From assembly GCA_963718525.1 (NCBI GenBank), contig OY970355.1, positions 1,159,397-1,223,396 on the forward strand: a DNA stretch of 64,000 bases. The letters are read 5' to 3'. The stretch is from Candidatus Dormiibacterota bacterium (GTDB lineage Bacteria; Chloroflexota; Dormibacteria; Aeolococcales; Aeolococcaceae). The notes under the pieces were generated by a model. The model was not told the DNA's origin, did no database searches, and was given only the letters and a program-made list of their open reading frames with translations. Both the position numbers and the translations under genes were made by a program. Positions 1 through 8,269 of the stretch are shown here, piece by piece (positions within the stretch are counted from its first letter, which is position 1; every line of letters starts with the position of its first letter).

Positions 1-858
1 ACCGGCCCGGTGCATCACGAAGTTGCTGTATCCCTCGAGCACGCTCATGATCGCCTGCACGTTGCGGACGGTCTGGACCTGAGCGCGAACGGTATCGGGC
101 AGCTTGCGAACCAGCTGACTGGACGGAAGCAGCGTCTTGCCATCGGCAGAGAGGGCGTCGAGCATCAGCCCGCGCATCAGGCTCTCGAGATGATGACCCA
201 GCCACGGATGCATCTCGAACTGCCAGGCGTGGGTCAGCTCGTGCAGGATCAGCCAGGGGCGAAGGTCGGTACGGGCGAGATCGAGATCACGCTCGATCGC
301 GGCGATGTTCGGCTCCACGAGATAGAGGGCGCTCGCCTGTCGCGGCGTCTCCGGGAGGTCCTCGAGCGCGAGGACGGGGTCGTACTGCCCGAGGACGCGA
401 CGCGACATCAGGCCGAACAGCTCGCCGACGTACCGGTCCAGCAGCCGCCGGCCCATCCCGGTCGCCAGCGATTCGGGGACAGTCGCGCGGATCCGCTCGA
501 CCGGGGCGAGGAGGCGCTGGACCATCCCGAGGTTGGCGTCGATGAAACCCCGGCGATCGAGGGCGACGAACCGCGGATACGTGGTCAGGGGCACCTGGCA
601 AATCTCGGTGAGCAACGGCGCGACCCGCGCGGCCATCTCGGTGTACGCAGCCTCGAGCGCCTCCGCGTTGATCCCTGCACCGTCCCGGCCGCCGGAGCGC
701 GACACGGCGATGCGGCGAACGTCGTCCCAATCGACCAGCCGCCGAGGTGCCTTGAGCTGAGGGCGCAGGAGAACGCGGGCCGACAGCGCGGCTCCAGCGC
801 CGACCGCTCCCACGGCGAGCGTCCTCCGGACCACATGTCCTCGACTGGCGGGACTCAT
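1..858 (-). CDS. Zincin-like zinc metalloprotease with an HExxH motif (HELTHAWQFEMH). The 5' part lies in the window; the gene runs off the window start.
   Basis: Manual reverse-strand translation from ATG (858..856) gives MSPASRGHVVRRTLAVG... and continues through the HELTHAWQFEMHPWLGHHLESL zinc-binding motif (rc of 181..243). The frame is open to position 1. It was missed by the ORF track because no stop lies in the window. It is in the same register as the spurious plus-strand ORF 10..1659. Confidence 0.6.
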   Translation of the reverse strand, partial: MSPASRGHVVRRTLAVGAVGAGAALSARVLLRPQLKAPRRLVDWDDVRRIAVSRSGGRDGAGINAEALEAAYTEMAARVAPLLTEICQVPLTTYPRFVALDRRGFIDANLGMVQRLLAPVERIRATVPESLATGMGRRLLDRYVGELFGLMSRRVLGQYDPVLALEDLPETPRQASALYLVEPNIAAIERDLDLARTDLRPWLILHELTHAWQFEMHPWLGHHLESLMRGLMLDALSADGKTLLPSSQLVRKLPDTVRAQVQTVRNVQAIMSVLEGYSNFVMHRAG

Positions 859-897
859 GCCTCGATCATACGGGGGGATCGCCGTTCGCCCCGGTCG

Positions 898-1743
898 CTA
901 CATGGAGGAGCCCGACCGCCCGTCGATGTAGACGGGATGATCGGGAGGCTTGCCCTCCAGCCAGTAGGCATCGAGGCGCTCGTCGGTCCAGCCCCGCGCA
1001 CGCAGGAAGGGCTCGTCGAGGATCTGCTGCCCCGTGAGCGACGGTGGCTCGGTGCTGACGATCTCCATCATCGCGTCGCAGAGGATGTCGGGCGAGCGCC
1101 ACTGGCTGCGGTCGCCAAGGCCCCAGTTGATGCTCGCAAGGCTCTCGATGATCGTCACCGGCCAGAGGGAGTTGCCGGCGATGCCGTCGGCGGCATGCTC
1201 CGCAGCGATGCCGATGGCGAGCCGTGTCATCCCCATCTTGGTGGTCATGTAGGCGACGTGACCGGGGCTGGGCTGCGTGCTGATCGGCGGAGAGCAATTG
1301 ATGATGTGGCCCCAATGCTGCTCGACCATGTGGGGCAGGGCGTAGTACGCGCACAGGTACGCGGCACGAACGTTGATCTCCCACATCAGGTCATAGCGCT
1401 TTGGCGGCGTCTGCAAGATCGACTGCCACCAGAGGGCGCCTGCATTGTTGATGAGGATGTCGAGCCGGCCGAAGCGCTCGATCGTCGCCTCGACCATTGC
1501 CTTGACCTCGTCCTCGTGGCGCACGTCGACACGCACCGCGAGCGCGGATCCCCCGGCAGCCTCGACCTCCGCCGCCACCGTGTGAATGCTTCCGGGAAGC
1601 TTGTCGGTGCCGCTCTCGGACTTGCCGGTGATCACGACGGAGGCCCCCTCGCGCGCTAGGCGGAGCGACATCGCCCGGCCGATCCCGCAACTCGATCCCG
1701 TGACCAACGCCACGCGGCCGTCGAGTGGACGTGGGGCACTCAC
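898..1743 (-). CDS. Short-chain dehydrogenase/reductase (SDR family oxidoreductase)
   Basis: Translation of ORF 898..2022 (-) contains GRVALVTGSSCGIGRAMSLRL (Rossmann TGxxxGIG), NNAG and a YxxxK catalytic region (YMTTK). The likely start is GTG at 1743..1741, overlapping the stop of the upstream HD gene (GTGA). Confidence 0.8.
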   Translation of the reverse strand: MSAPRPLDGRVALVTGSSCGIGRAMSLRLAREGASVVITGKSESGTDKLPGSIHTVAAEVEAAGGSALAVRVDVRHEDEVKAMVEATIERFGRLDILINNAGALWWQSILQTPPKRYDLMWEINVRAAYLCAYYALPHMVEQHWGHIINCSPPISTQPSPGHVAYMTTKMGMTRLAIGIAAEHAADGIAGNSLWPVTIIESLASINWGLGDRSQWRSPDILCDAMMEIVSTEPPSLTGQQILDEPFLRARGWTDERLDAYWLEGKPPDHPVYIDGRSGSSM

Positions 1744-2354
1744 GCGACGAAGTTCCTGATCGCGTCCACCAGCTCCGCGAGCTGGTCGGTCGGCGGGCCG
1801 GGCATACGTCGCTGGAGGATGCTCAACACGCTCGTGTAGTACCAGAGTTGCTCGTGCGGATCCTCGACGGTGAAGCGCTGCCACACTGCCGCGCCTTCGG
1901 TACGAAGGTCGGCAAGGATCGAACCCGCGTTGTGGATCTTGTCGCACGCCGACACCAGGAGCGCATCGCGATCGGCGTCGCGCTCGAGGTGGTCGAGATA
2001 TCGCTGTTTGCGCTCCTTCCATGGTGGTTTCGGCTCGCCCGGGACGGCGACGACGTCACTGCACGTCAGGACGATCCGCGCCACACGTGGGCCGAAGTCC
2101 TCCTCGAGGCGCCGAAGCATCGCGGCCCCGTCCTTCGAGTCCTCCACGGTGTCGTGAAGCAGCGCCGCGATTGCGACATCCTCATCCGCACCGTTCTCGA
2201 GCGCCAGCGCGCACACGGCCATGACGTGCGCCATGTATGGGATGCCGGTCTTCTTTCGCAGCTGGCGGCCGTGCACCTCCCACGCGACCACGAATGCCGA
2301 GGTGAACCGCTCGGTCAGCCGCGGGGCGGTGTTCGACTCCGGCACGCCGGTCAT
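1740..2354 (-). CDS. HD-domain phosphohydrolase, RelA/SpoT-type (candidate small alarmone hydrolase)
   Basis: C-terminal 204 aa of ORF 1740..3059 (-): ...HGRQLRKKTGIPYMAHVMAVCALALENGADEDVAIAALLHDTVEDS... This matches the SpoT/Mesh1 HD motif (H...HD...D). The ATG is at 2354..2352. The stop overlaps the SDR start (GTGA). Confidence 0.7.
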   Translation of the reverse strand: MTGVPESNTAPRLTERFTSAFVVAWEVHGRQLRKKTGIPYMAHVMAVCALALENGADEDVAIAALLHDTVEDSKDGAAMLRRLEEDFGPRVARIVLTCSDVVAVPGEPKPPWKERKQRYLDHLERDADRDALLVSACDKIHNAGSILADLRTEGAAVWQRFTVEDPHEQLWYYTSVLSILQRRMPGPPTDQLAELVDAIRNFVA

Positions 2355-2552
2355 TGTCCGTTGCGGCGGGCAGGTCATGAGGGTGCATGCGGTCTGGAGC
2401 CAGAATGGGGCGTGCGCTTCTACCTCGGCCATCGCCTCCCCGGAGGATTCTGGGCCGGCCTCTCGACCTACGGGAGGCGACCGCACCGCGCCGTCCGGCA
2501 GGCCGCGCACGCGACCGGTGGCATCGGATGCGTCGGTTTCGTCGTCCTGGTC

Positions 2553-2906
2553 GTGGTGATCGCGCTGGGGATCGCCTACTGGTACGTCAGCGTCCCGGTC
2601 CTGGTGCTCACGGCCATCGCCGTCGGTGTCACCGTGCACCGGCAGCATGTGCATCGGACGCGGCCGGCGCGCGTTGTGTCCGACACTCCCGTGCCTCCGC
2701 CGGTCCCGGTGGCACTGGCGGCGCGCGGGCAGCGCACCGCCAAGCCTCGCCCGCTGACCATGCCAGCGGACACCTTCAAGATCGGCTCGCTGGTCCACCT
2801 CGAGAAAGAGGGGAACCGCACGACGTACTTCGTCGACCACGGGCGGACCCCGGACGAGATCGTGCTCAAACGCGTGACGACGACGCCGATCGAGATGGAT
2901 GCCTGA
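2553..2906 (+). CDS. Small hypothetical membrane-anchored protein. The start is uncertain; alternatives are GTG 2553 or GTG 2412.
   Basis: 3' part of ORF 1725..2906 (+), beyond the antisense HD gene: hydrophobic helix VVIALGIAYWYVSVPVLVLTAIAVGVTV, then a His/Arg-rich segment and a soluble tail ...KIGSLVHLEKEGNRTTYFVDHGRTPDEIVLKRV. The stop TGA (2904..2906) overlaps the ATG (2899) of the downstream ATPase (ATGCCTGA), suggesting translational coupling. Confidence 0.4.
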   Translation: MVIALGIAYWYVSVPVLVLTAIAVGVTVHRQHVHRTRPARVVSDTPVPPPVPVALAARGQRTAKPRPLTMPADTFKIGSLVHLEKEGNRTTYFVDHGRTPDEIVLKRVTTTPIEMDA

Positions 2907-5334
2907 CGCCGCCCTGCTCGGTCTCGTGGTCGACCGTATCGCAGTCCGGCCGCCGGCGGACCCGGGGGGGCGCCTCGTGCTCGCGGCGTTCGGCGGGCCG
3001 GCGGCGGTTGACGCCGCCCTCCATGCCGAGTTCGAGCCGGCATCGGCGGCTGGTCCCAACGGAGCGACGGCACGGCCGCGCTCCGCCGTCTACCTCACGG
3101 ACATCGAGGTGGAGGGCTTCCGGGGCGTCGGACCGACGACCAGGCTGGCGATCGACCCGGGCCCCGGGCTCACCCTGGTGGTGGGCCGCAACGGGTCGGG
3201 GAAGTCCTCATTCTCCGAGGCTCTCGAGATGGTGTTGCTCGGCACCAACAAGCGGTGGGAGCAGCGGGTCAAGGTGTGGCGCGACGGGTGGCAAAACCTC
3301 CACCACCGCCACACGAGGGTCGTGGCCCGGTTCGCGGTCGATGGGCGCAAGCAGCCGCTCGAGGTCGCACGTGTCTGGAAGGACGGTGACGGCTTGGAAG
3401 GATCGACGCTGTTCGTCGACGGCAAGCCGGCCGACCTGGATGGGCTGGGCTGGGCGCACCCGCTCACCGGGTACCCGCCGCTGCTCTCCCACAACGAACT
3501 CGAACATGCCCTCGATCGCGAGCAGTCGAAGCTGTACGACGCGCTCGCCGGGATTCTCGGCCTCGGAGACCTCGCCGAAGCCCAGCAGGTGCTGCAGAAA
3601 GCGCGCCTTGCTCGCGAGCGCGAGGTGAAAGACGCACGCGAGGCACTGCCGGCGTTGCGCGCGTTGCTCGAAAGAACCTCGGACGAACGCGCGGCGCTGG
3701 TTCGCTCGGCGCTCGCTGCCAAAGTGTGGGATCTCGACGCGGTCTCGAGCACCGTCGGCGGCGACGCCGAGAGTGACGAGCGCAGCGTGCTCCGTAAGCT
3801 GCGCGATCTTGCAGGTCTGCCGGTGCTGGATCGCGACAGGCTCAACGCGGCGATCGCCGGCCTGCGTGATGCGCATGCGGCCACTGAGCGGCTGCGGGGC
3901 ACCGATGCCGGAAGGGCACATGAGCTGGCGGCGCTCCTCGAGCAGGCACTCGCCGTGCACGCCCACGCCGAGGACGAGCGGTGCCCGGTGTGTGGCACCG
4001 AGGGCGTGCTGACCTACCGGTGGCGCGTGCAGGCGCGCGACCAGGTCGTCGCGCTCCGGGTCGAGGCGGAGGCCCTTCGCACCTCCCGCCGCATGCTTGA
4101 GGATGCGATCCGCCAGGCTCGGCAGCTGATCACCGCACCGCTGAAGGCGTTGCGTGACGGCGCCGGCGCCGGTATCGATATCCACCCGGTGATCGCGCTC
4201 TGGGAGCGATGGGCCGAAGTTTCTGCCGATGATGACGCTATCGCGCTGGCCAGCAACCTCGAGACGCACGGTCCACCGCTTCTCGTGTCCGTCGCCGATC
4301 TGCGTCGGGCAGCCGCAGCCGAGCTCGAGCGGTTGGAGCGAGCATGGCGACCGGCCGCCGACGCGATTGCGTTGTGGCTGCCGCTGGGTCGTCGGGCGCA
4401 CGAGGCGGAACGGGAGATCAACGGGCTCAAGGATGCCGAGCGATGGCTCCGAGATGCGCACGACGAGCTGCGTGATGAACGCTTCCGTCCCATCGCAAGT
4501 GCGGTCCAGGAGAACTGGACGGCGCTGCGCCAGGACAGCAACGTCTCGCTCGGTGAATTACGTCTGCTCGGCGCGCAGACCCAGCGCCGACTCTCGCTCG
4601 ACGTCAAGGTCGATGGTGAGGATGGGTCCGCCCTCGGGGTCATGAGTCAGGGCGAGCTCAACTGCCTCGCGCTGTCGCTGTTCCTCCCGCGCGCGTCGAT
4701 GCCCGAGTCGCCGTTTCGGTTCGTCGTGATCGACGACCCGGTGCAGGCGATGGATCCGGCGAAGGTGGCCGGCTTGGCGACGGTGCTTGCGCGTGCGGCC
4801 AGGGAGCGTCAGGTCATCGTCCTCACGCACGACACCCGTCTCGCGGATGCCATGCGCGCGCTGGATATTGCGGCCACGGTGGTCGAGGTGGTGCGGCGCG
4901 AGCAGTCGGTCGTTGAGCTGCGCCGGATACAGGATCCCGTACAGCGCTACATCGACGATGCGCTTGCGGTTGCGATGAGCAGGGACGTCCCCGTTGAGGC
5001 ATTGCGGGTGATCCCCGGCTTCTGCAGGCTCGCGCTCGAGGCCGCGGCGGCACTCGCGGCGACGCGGCGCCTGCTGCGTCAGGGCACCGCGTACGCGGAG
5101 GTGCAGAACGTGTTGGCGAAGCCGACCACGCTGAACATGTGGCTGGCACTGGCGCTGTTGAACGATCCGGAGCGAAGCGGCGACGTGATCGGCTTCCTGC
5201 AGAAGCAGCATCCCTGGGCGGTCGATGCCGTCAGGGAGTGCAACCGCGGAACGCACAGCGGCAAGGTCTATGGCGATATGAAGGAGTTCATCCGCAGTGT
5301 CGAGCGGCTGACCAAGAAGATGCTCGAGCGTTGA
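2899..5334 (+). CDS. Rad50/SbcC-like SMC-family ABC ATPase with a central coiled coil and a CxxC zinc hook
   Basis: 811-aa ORF. Walker A is GRNGSGKSS (aa ~97–105). The ABC signature-like motif is LSQGELNCLALSLF. Walker B is FRFVVIDDPVQAMD, followed by an H-loop VIVLTHDTRL near the C-terminus. About 400 aa of Ala/Arg/Glu/Leu-rich predicted coiled coil lie between the head halves, with CPVCG (nt ~3982–3996, aa ~362) near the midpoint. The start is ATG 2899 (coupled to the upstream ORF). An alternative start is GTG 2977, closer to the conserved N-terminal β-strand (YLTDIEVEGFRGV). Confidence 0.8.
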   Translation: MPDAALLGLVVDRIAVRPPADPGGRLVLAAFGGPAAVDAALHAEFEPASAAGPNGATARPRSAVYLTDIEVEGFRGVGPTTRLAIDPGPGLTLVVGRNGSGKSSFSEALEMVLLGTNKRWEQRVKVWRDGWQNLHHRHTRVVARFAVDGRKQPLEVARVWKDGDGLEGSTLFVDGKPADLDGLGWAHPLTGYPPLLSHNELEHALDREQSKLYDALAGILGLGDLAEAQQVLQKARLAREREVKDAREALPALRALLERTSDERAALVRSALAAKVWDLDAVSSTVGGDAESDERSVLRKLRDLAGLPVLDRDRLNAAIAGLRDAHAATERLRGTDAGRAHELAALLEQALAVHAHAEDERCPVCGTEGVLTYRWRVQARDQVVALRVEAEALRTSRRMLEDAIRQARQLITAPLKALRDGAGAGIDIHPVIALWERWAEVSADDDAIALASNLETHGPPLLVSVADLRRAAAAELERLERAWRPAADAIALWLPLGRRAHEAEREINGLKDAERWLRDAHDELRDERFRPIASAVQENWTALRQDSNVSLGELRLLGAQTQRRLSLDVKVDGEDGSALGVMSQGELNCLALSLFLPRASMPESPFRFVVIDDPVQAMDPAKVAGLATVLARAARERQVIVLTHDTRLADAMRALDIAATVVEVVRREQSVVELRRIQDPVQRYIDDALAVAMSRDVPVEALRVIPGFCRLALEAAAALAATRRLLRQGTAYAEVQNVLAKPTTLNMWLALALLNDPERSGDVIGFLQKQHPWAVDAVRECNRGTHSGKVYGDMKEFIRSVERLTKKMLER

Positions 5335-5342
5335 AGCCTGAT

Positions 5343-5732
5343 ATGAACACCGTGGTGGACGCACATGCGCTGGTTTCGGCGGCGCGTGACCTCATCTGCG
5401 ACGACGATTCGACGACAGCCGGGCTCTGGCCCCGCGCCGCGGCGCTACTCGCGCGCCAGGGACTCGAGCTTGCCATGGCGGGGCTCTGGGAGGTAACGGC
5501 TCCCGGGCTGGAGCGAACCTCGACGCGATGTCAGTTGCTCTGTGTCGGCGACATGCTCAACGATCGCGAGCTCGGCGGCCGCGCGACGTTGACGTGGCGC
5601 TCACTCTCCAACGCCTGCCACCATCGCATCTACGAGCTGCCACCCACCGCGAGCGAGCTCAACATGGCCCTCGAGACGGTGTGGGACCTTGCGGAGTCAG
5701 TGGAGCGCGTGCGCGGGAGGATCCAGACGTGA
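5343..5732 (+). CDS. Hypothetical 129-aa protein (Cys/His-containing), third gene of the ATPase module
   Basis: In-frame ATG at 5343, 8 nt after the ATPase stop (5334). Sequence MNTVVDAHALVSAARDLICDDD...RCQLLCVGDMLNDRELGG...SNACHHRIYELPP... No recognisable family. Confidence 0.5.
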   Translation: MNTVVDAHALVSAARDLICDDDSTTAGLWPRAAALLARQGLELAMAGLWEVTAPGLERTSTRCQLLCVGDMLNDRELGGRATLTWRSLSNACHHRIYELPPTASELNMALETVWDLAESVERVRGRIQT

Positions 5733-5802
5733 GGCGCGGTCAACCTGTTGCCATGGTTCGACGCCGCGGTCTCGTCGTGCTCGTTTCCGGGACCCTCACC
5801 CC

Positions 5803-5852
5803 TTAGCACTCCCCCCCGCGCCCCGCTAGCAGTCAGGCATCGCGAGTGCTAA
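5803..5852. promoter_or_regulatory. CIRCE-type HrcA operator upstream of groEL. A 9-N9-9 element CTAGCAGTC-N9-GAGTGCTAA lies at 5826..5852. An extra perfect left half-site TTAGCACTC lies at 5803..5811.
   Basis: Direct reading: TTAGCACTC (5803–5811) ... CTAGCAGTC (5826–5834) aggcatcgc GAGTGCTAA (5844–5852). CIRCE consensus is TTAGCACTC-N9-GAGTGCTAA. It lies 46 nt upstream of the groEL ATG, which is preceded by an aggagg RBS. Confidence 0.7.
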
Positions 5853-5897
5853 ACTGAGCCCTGGAACCCAGGCTAGAGGATCAAACCAGGAGGAACC

Positions 5898-7508
5898 ATG
5901 GCCAAACAACTGCTATTCGACGTCGAGGCTCGGGCCCATCTCAAACGAGGGGTCGATCGGGTCGCGGACGCCGTGAAGATCACCATCGGCCCCAAGGGCC
6001 GGAACGTCGTGCTGGACAAGAAGTTCGGGTCGCCGACCATCACCAACGACGGAGTCACGATCGCCAAGGAGATCGAGCTCGAGGAGCCCTTCGAGAACAT
6101 GGGCGCCCAGCTGGTCAAGGAAGTGGCGAGCAAGACGAACGACATCGCTGGTGACGGGACCACCACCGCCACCGTGCTTGCCCAGGCCCTGATCGCAGCC
6201 GGCCTGCAGAACGTGGCCGCCGGCGCCAACCCCATCCAGCTCAAGAAGGGCATCGAGCTCGGCGTTGAGGCGATCGTCAAGGCGATCAAGGAGCAGTCGA
6301 TCCCGATCTCCGAGCGCGAGAAGATCGCTCAGGTTGCGTCGATCTCCGCGGCTGACCCCACCATCGGCGAGACAGTCGCCGATGCGATGGAGAAGGTCGG
6401 CAAGGATGGCGTCATCACCGTCGAGGAGTCGAAGGGCCTCGAGACCGAACTCGAGCTCGTCGAGGGCATGCAGTTCGACAAGGGGTACATCTCCGCGTAC
6501 ATGGTCACCAATGCCCAGCGCATGGAGGCCGTCCTCGAAGATCCGTACATCCTCATCACTGACAAGAAGATCTCGGCGATCGCCGACCTGCTCCCGATCC
6601 TCGAGAAGGTGGTCCAGAGCGGCAAGCCGCTGCTGATCATCGCCGAGGACGTCGAGGGCGAGGCGCTCGCAACTCTCATCGTCAACAAGCTCCGCGGCAC
6701 CTTCAACGCGGTTGCGGTCAAAGCCCCGGGCTTCGGTGATCGCCGCAAGGCGATGCTGCAGGACATCGCGATCCTGACCGGTGGCCAGGTGATCAGTGAG
6801 GAAGTGGGCCTCAAGCTCGATTCCGCGCAGCTCAGCTCGCTCGGCCGCGCCCGCAGCGTGACTGTCACCAAGGACGACACCACGCTCGTCGAGGGCAACG
6901 GCAGTAAGGACGCGATCAAGGGCCGCATCGAGCAGATCAAGGCCGAGATCGAGAAGTCCACGAGCGACTGGGACAAGGAAAAGCTCCAGGAGCGTCTTGC
7001 CAAGCTCAGCGGCGGCGTCGCCGTGATCAAGGTCGGCGCGCCGACCGAGACCGAGCTCAAGGAGAAGAAGCACCGCATGGAGGACGCCGTGTCCGCCACG
7101 CGCGCCGCTGTCGAAGAGGGCATCGTGCCTGGTGGTGGCGTCGTGCTCGTGAACGCGATCCCCGCGCTCGACACTGTGAAGGCCGAGGGCGATGTGCTCA
7201 CCGGCGTGAACATCCTCCGTCGCGCACTGGAGGAGCCCCTCCGCCAGATCGCGCAGAACGCCGGCATGGAAGGCTCCGTCGTGGTCGACAAGGTGAAGTC
7301 GCTCCCCAAGGGGCAGGGCTTCGACGCGGCCAAGGGCGAGTACGTCGACATGGTCAAGGCCGGCATCATCGACCCGACCAAGGTCACCCGTTCGGCGGTG
7401 CAGAACGCGGCATCGATCGCCGCGCTGCTGCTCACCACCGAGGCGCTGATCACCGACATTCCCGAGAAGAAGGGAGCACCGGCGGGTCCGCCGATGCCGG
7501 AGTACTGA
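5898..7508 (+). CDS. groEL: Chaperonin GroEL (Cpn60), apparently stand-alone groEL2-type with no adjacent groES
   Basis: 536-aa [42 protein letters not shown]...[15 protein letters not shown]... AGGAGG RBS 6 nt upstream. Confidence 0.97.
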   Translation: MAKQLLFDVEARAHLKRGVDRVADAVKITIGPKGRNVVLDKKFGSPTITNDGVTIAKEIELEEPFENMGAQLVKEVASKTNDIAGDGTTTATVLAQALIAAGLQNVAAGANPIQLKKGIELGVEAIVKAIKEQSIPISEREKIAQVASISAADPTIGETVADAMEKVGKDGVITVEESKGLETELELVEGMQFDKGYISAYMVTNAQRMEAVLEDPYILITDKKISAIADLLPILEKVVQSGKPLLIIAEDVEGEALATLIVNKLRGTFNAVAVKAPGFGDRRKAMLQDIAILTGGQVISEEVGLKLDSAQLSSLGRARSVTVTKDDTTLVEGNGSKDAIKGRIEQIKAEIEKSTSDWDKEKLQERLAKLSGGVAVIKVGAPTETELKEKKHRMEDAVSATRAAVEEGIVPGGGVVLVNAIPALDTVKAEGDVLTGVNILRRALEEPLRQIAQNAGMEGSVVVDKVKSLPKGQGFDAAKGEYVDMVKAGIIDPTKVTRSAVQNAASIAALLLTTEALITDIPEKKGAPAGPPMPEY

Positions 7509-7535
7509 TCGGCAACTGATTCGATTCCTGAAAGG

Positions 7536-7572
7536 GCGGTCCGGGATTCTTCCCGGGCCGCTCTCTTCTTTT
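7536..7572 (+). terminator. Rho-independent terminator after groEL
   Basis: gcggtccggg-attctt-cccgggccgc forms a 10-bp stem with one G·U pair, followed by a tctcttctttt T-rich tract. Confidence 0.6.
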
Positions 7573-7686
7573 GTCCGTATATCCGCGATGAGTTGATCAA
7601 CGATCGGCTACAACCCGGCGACGGCCGGACGCGCCTCGATCGACCCTGCGTAGATTCGACCTTCGAACCCACTCAGAGGTACTTCA

Positions 7687-8229
7687 ATGACCGACGCGCT
7701 GCCAGACGATTCGTTCGTGGAGTCAATGGGCTCCGGGTTGCTGCATCTCACCGGGATCGGGAGCCGCCTCGCGAAGCGCGAGACTGACGAGGAGCAACTG
7801 GACGCGCTCGACGGCAAGCTGATCACGGATCTCGGCCGGGAGTTTCACGATCGCGGCGACGAAGCCGCTCCAGGCCTCGACCTTGCGTCCGTGGCACAGG
7901 TGGATCCCGAATTCACACCGGACGCGTTCCTGCTCATCGCGAGAGATGCGTTTCGCGTCCTCCAGGACGCGCACACCGAGGGAGCACCGGCCCTCGACGC
8001 GGACATAGCTTCGGCAGAGGTCACGGCGGTCTCGATGGAGGGCGGGCGAGAGCGAGCTGTCGTGCGTTTCGGTATCACGGGCACCGCGGCGGTCACTCAG
8101 GATTGGACCTTCGAGCGCGACCCGTCGGTCGACACGACCACCGAGGACGAGGATCACGAGGTTGCCGACGGCGGATGGTTGGTCGCCCACCGCGGGTGGC
8201 GCCTCACAGGGATCGCAGCCGCCGCCTGA
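7687..8229 (+). CDS. Hypothetical acidic protein
   Basis: 180-aa ORF with RBS agagg upstream. No recognisable motifs. Confidence 0.5.
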   Translation: MTDALPDDSFVESMGSGLLHLTGIGSRLAKRETDEEQLDALDGKLITDLGREFHDRGDEAAPGLDLASVAQVDPEFTPDAFLLIARDAFRVLQDAHTEGAPALDADIASAEVTAVSMEGGRERAVVRFGITGTAAVTQDWTFERDPSVDTTTEDEDHEVADGGWLVAHRGWRLTGIAAAA

Positions 8230-8269
8230 AAAGCGATTGTGTCCATCATGGGCGCCGCGTGAGACGCCC

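Noticed and set aside
10-1659. 549-aa plus-strand ORF spanning the first 1.6 kb
   Set aside because: The Arg/Asp/Gly-rich translation has no motifs. It is in the same codon register as, and antisense to, the real minus-strand metalloprotease and SDR genes. This is a typical high-GC antisense artifact.
1725-2354. 5' two-thirds of plus ORF 1725..2906
   Set aside because: Antisense to the well-supported HD-domain gene. Only the portion downstream of 2354 is considered potentially coding.
3208-5364. Minus-strand ORFs 3208..4461 (417 aa) and 4558..5364 (268 aa)
   Set aside because: Antisense to the Rad50-like ATPase. Translations are low-complexity with no motifs.
5913-7672. Minus-strand ORFs 5913..7073 and 6329..7672
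   Set aside because: Antisense to groEL, which is unambiguous.
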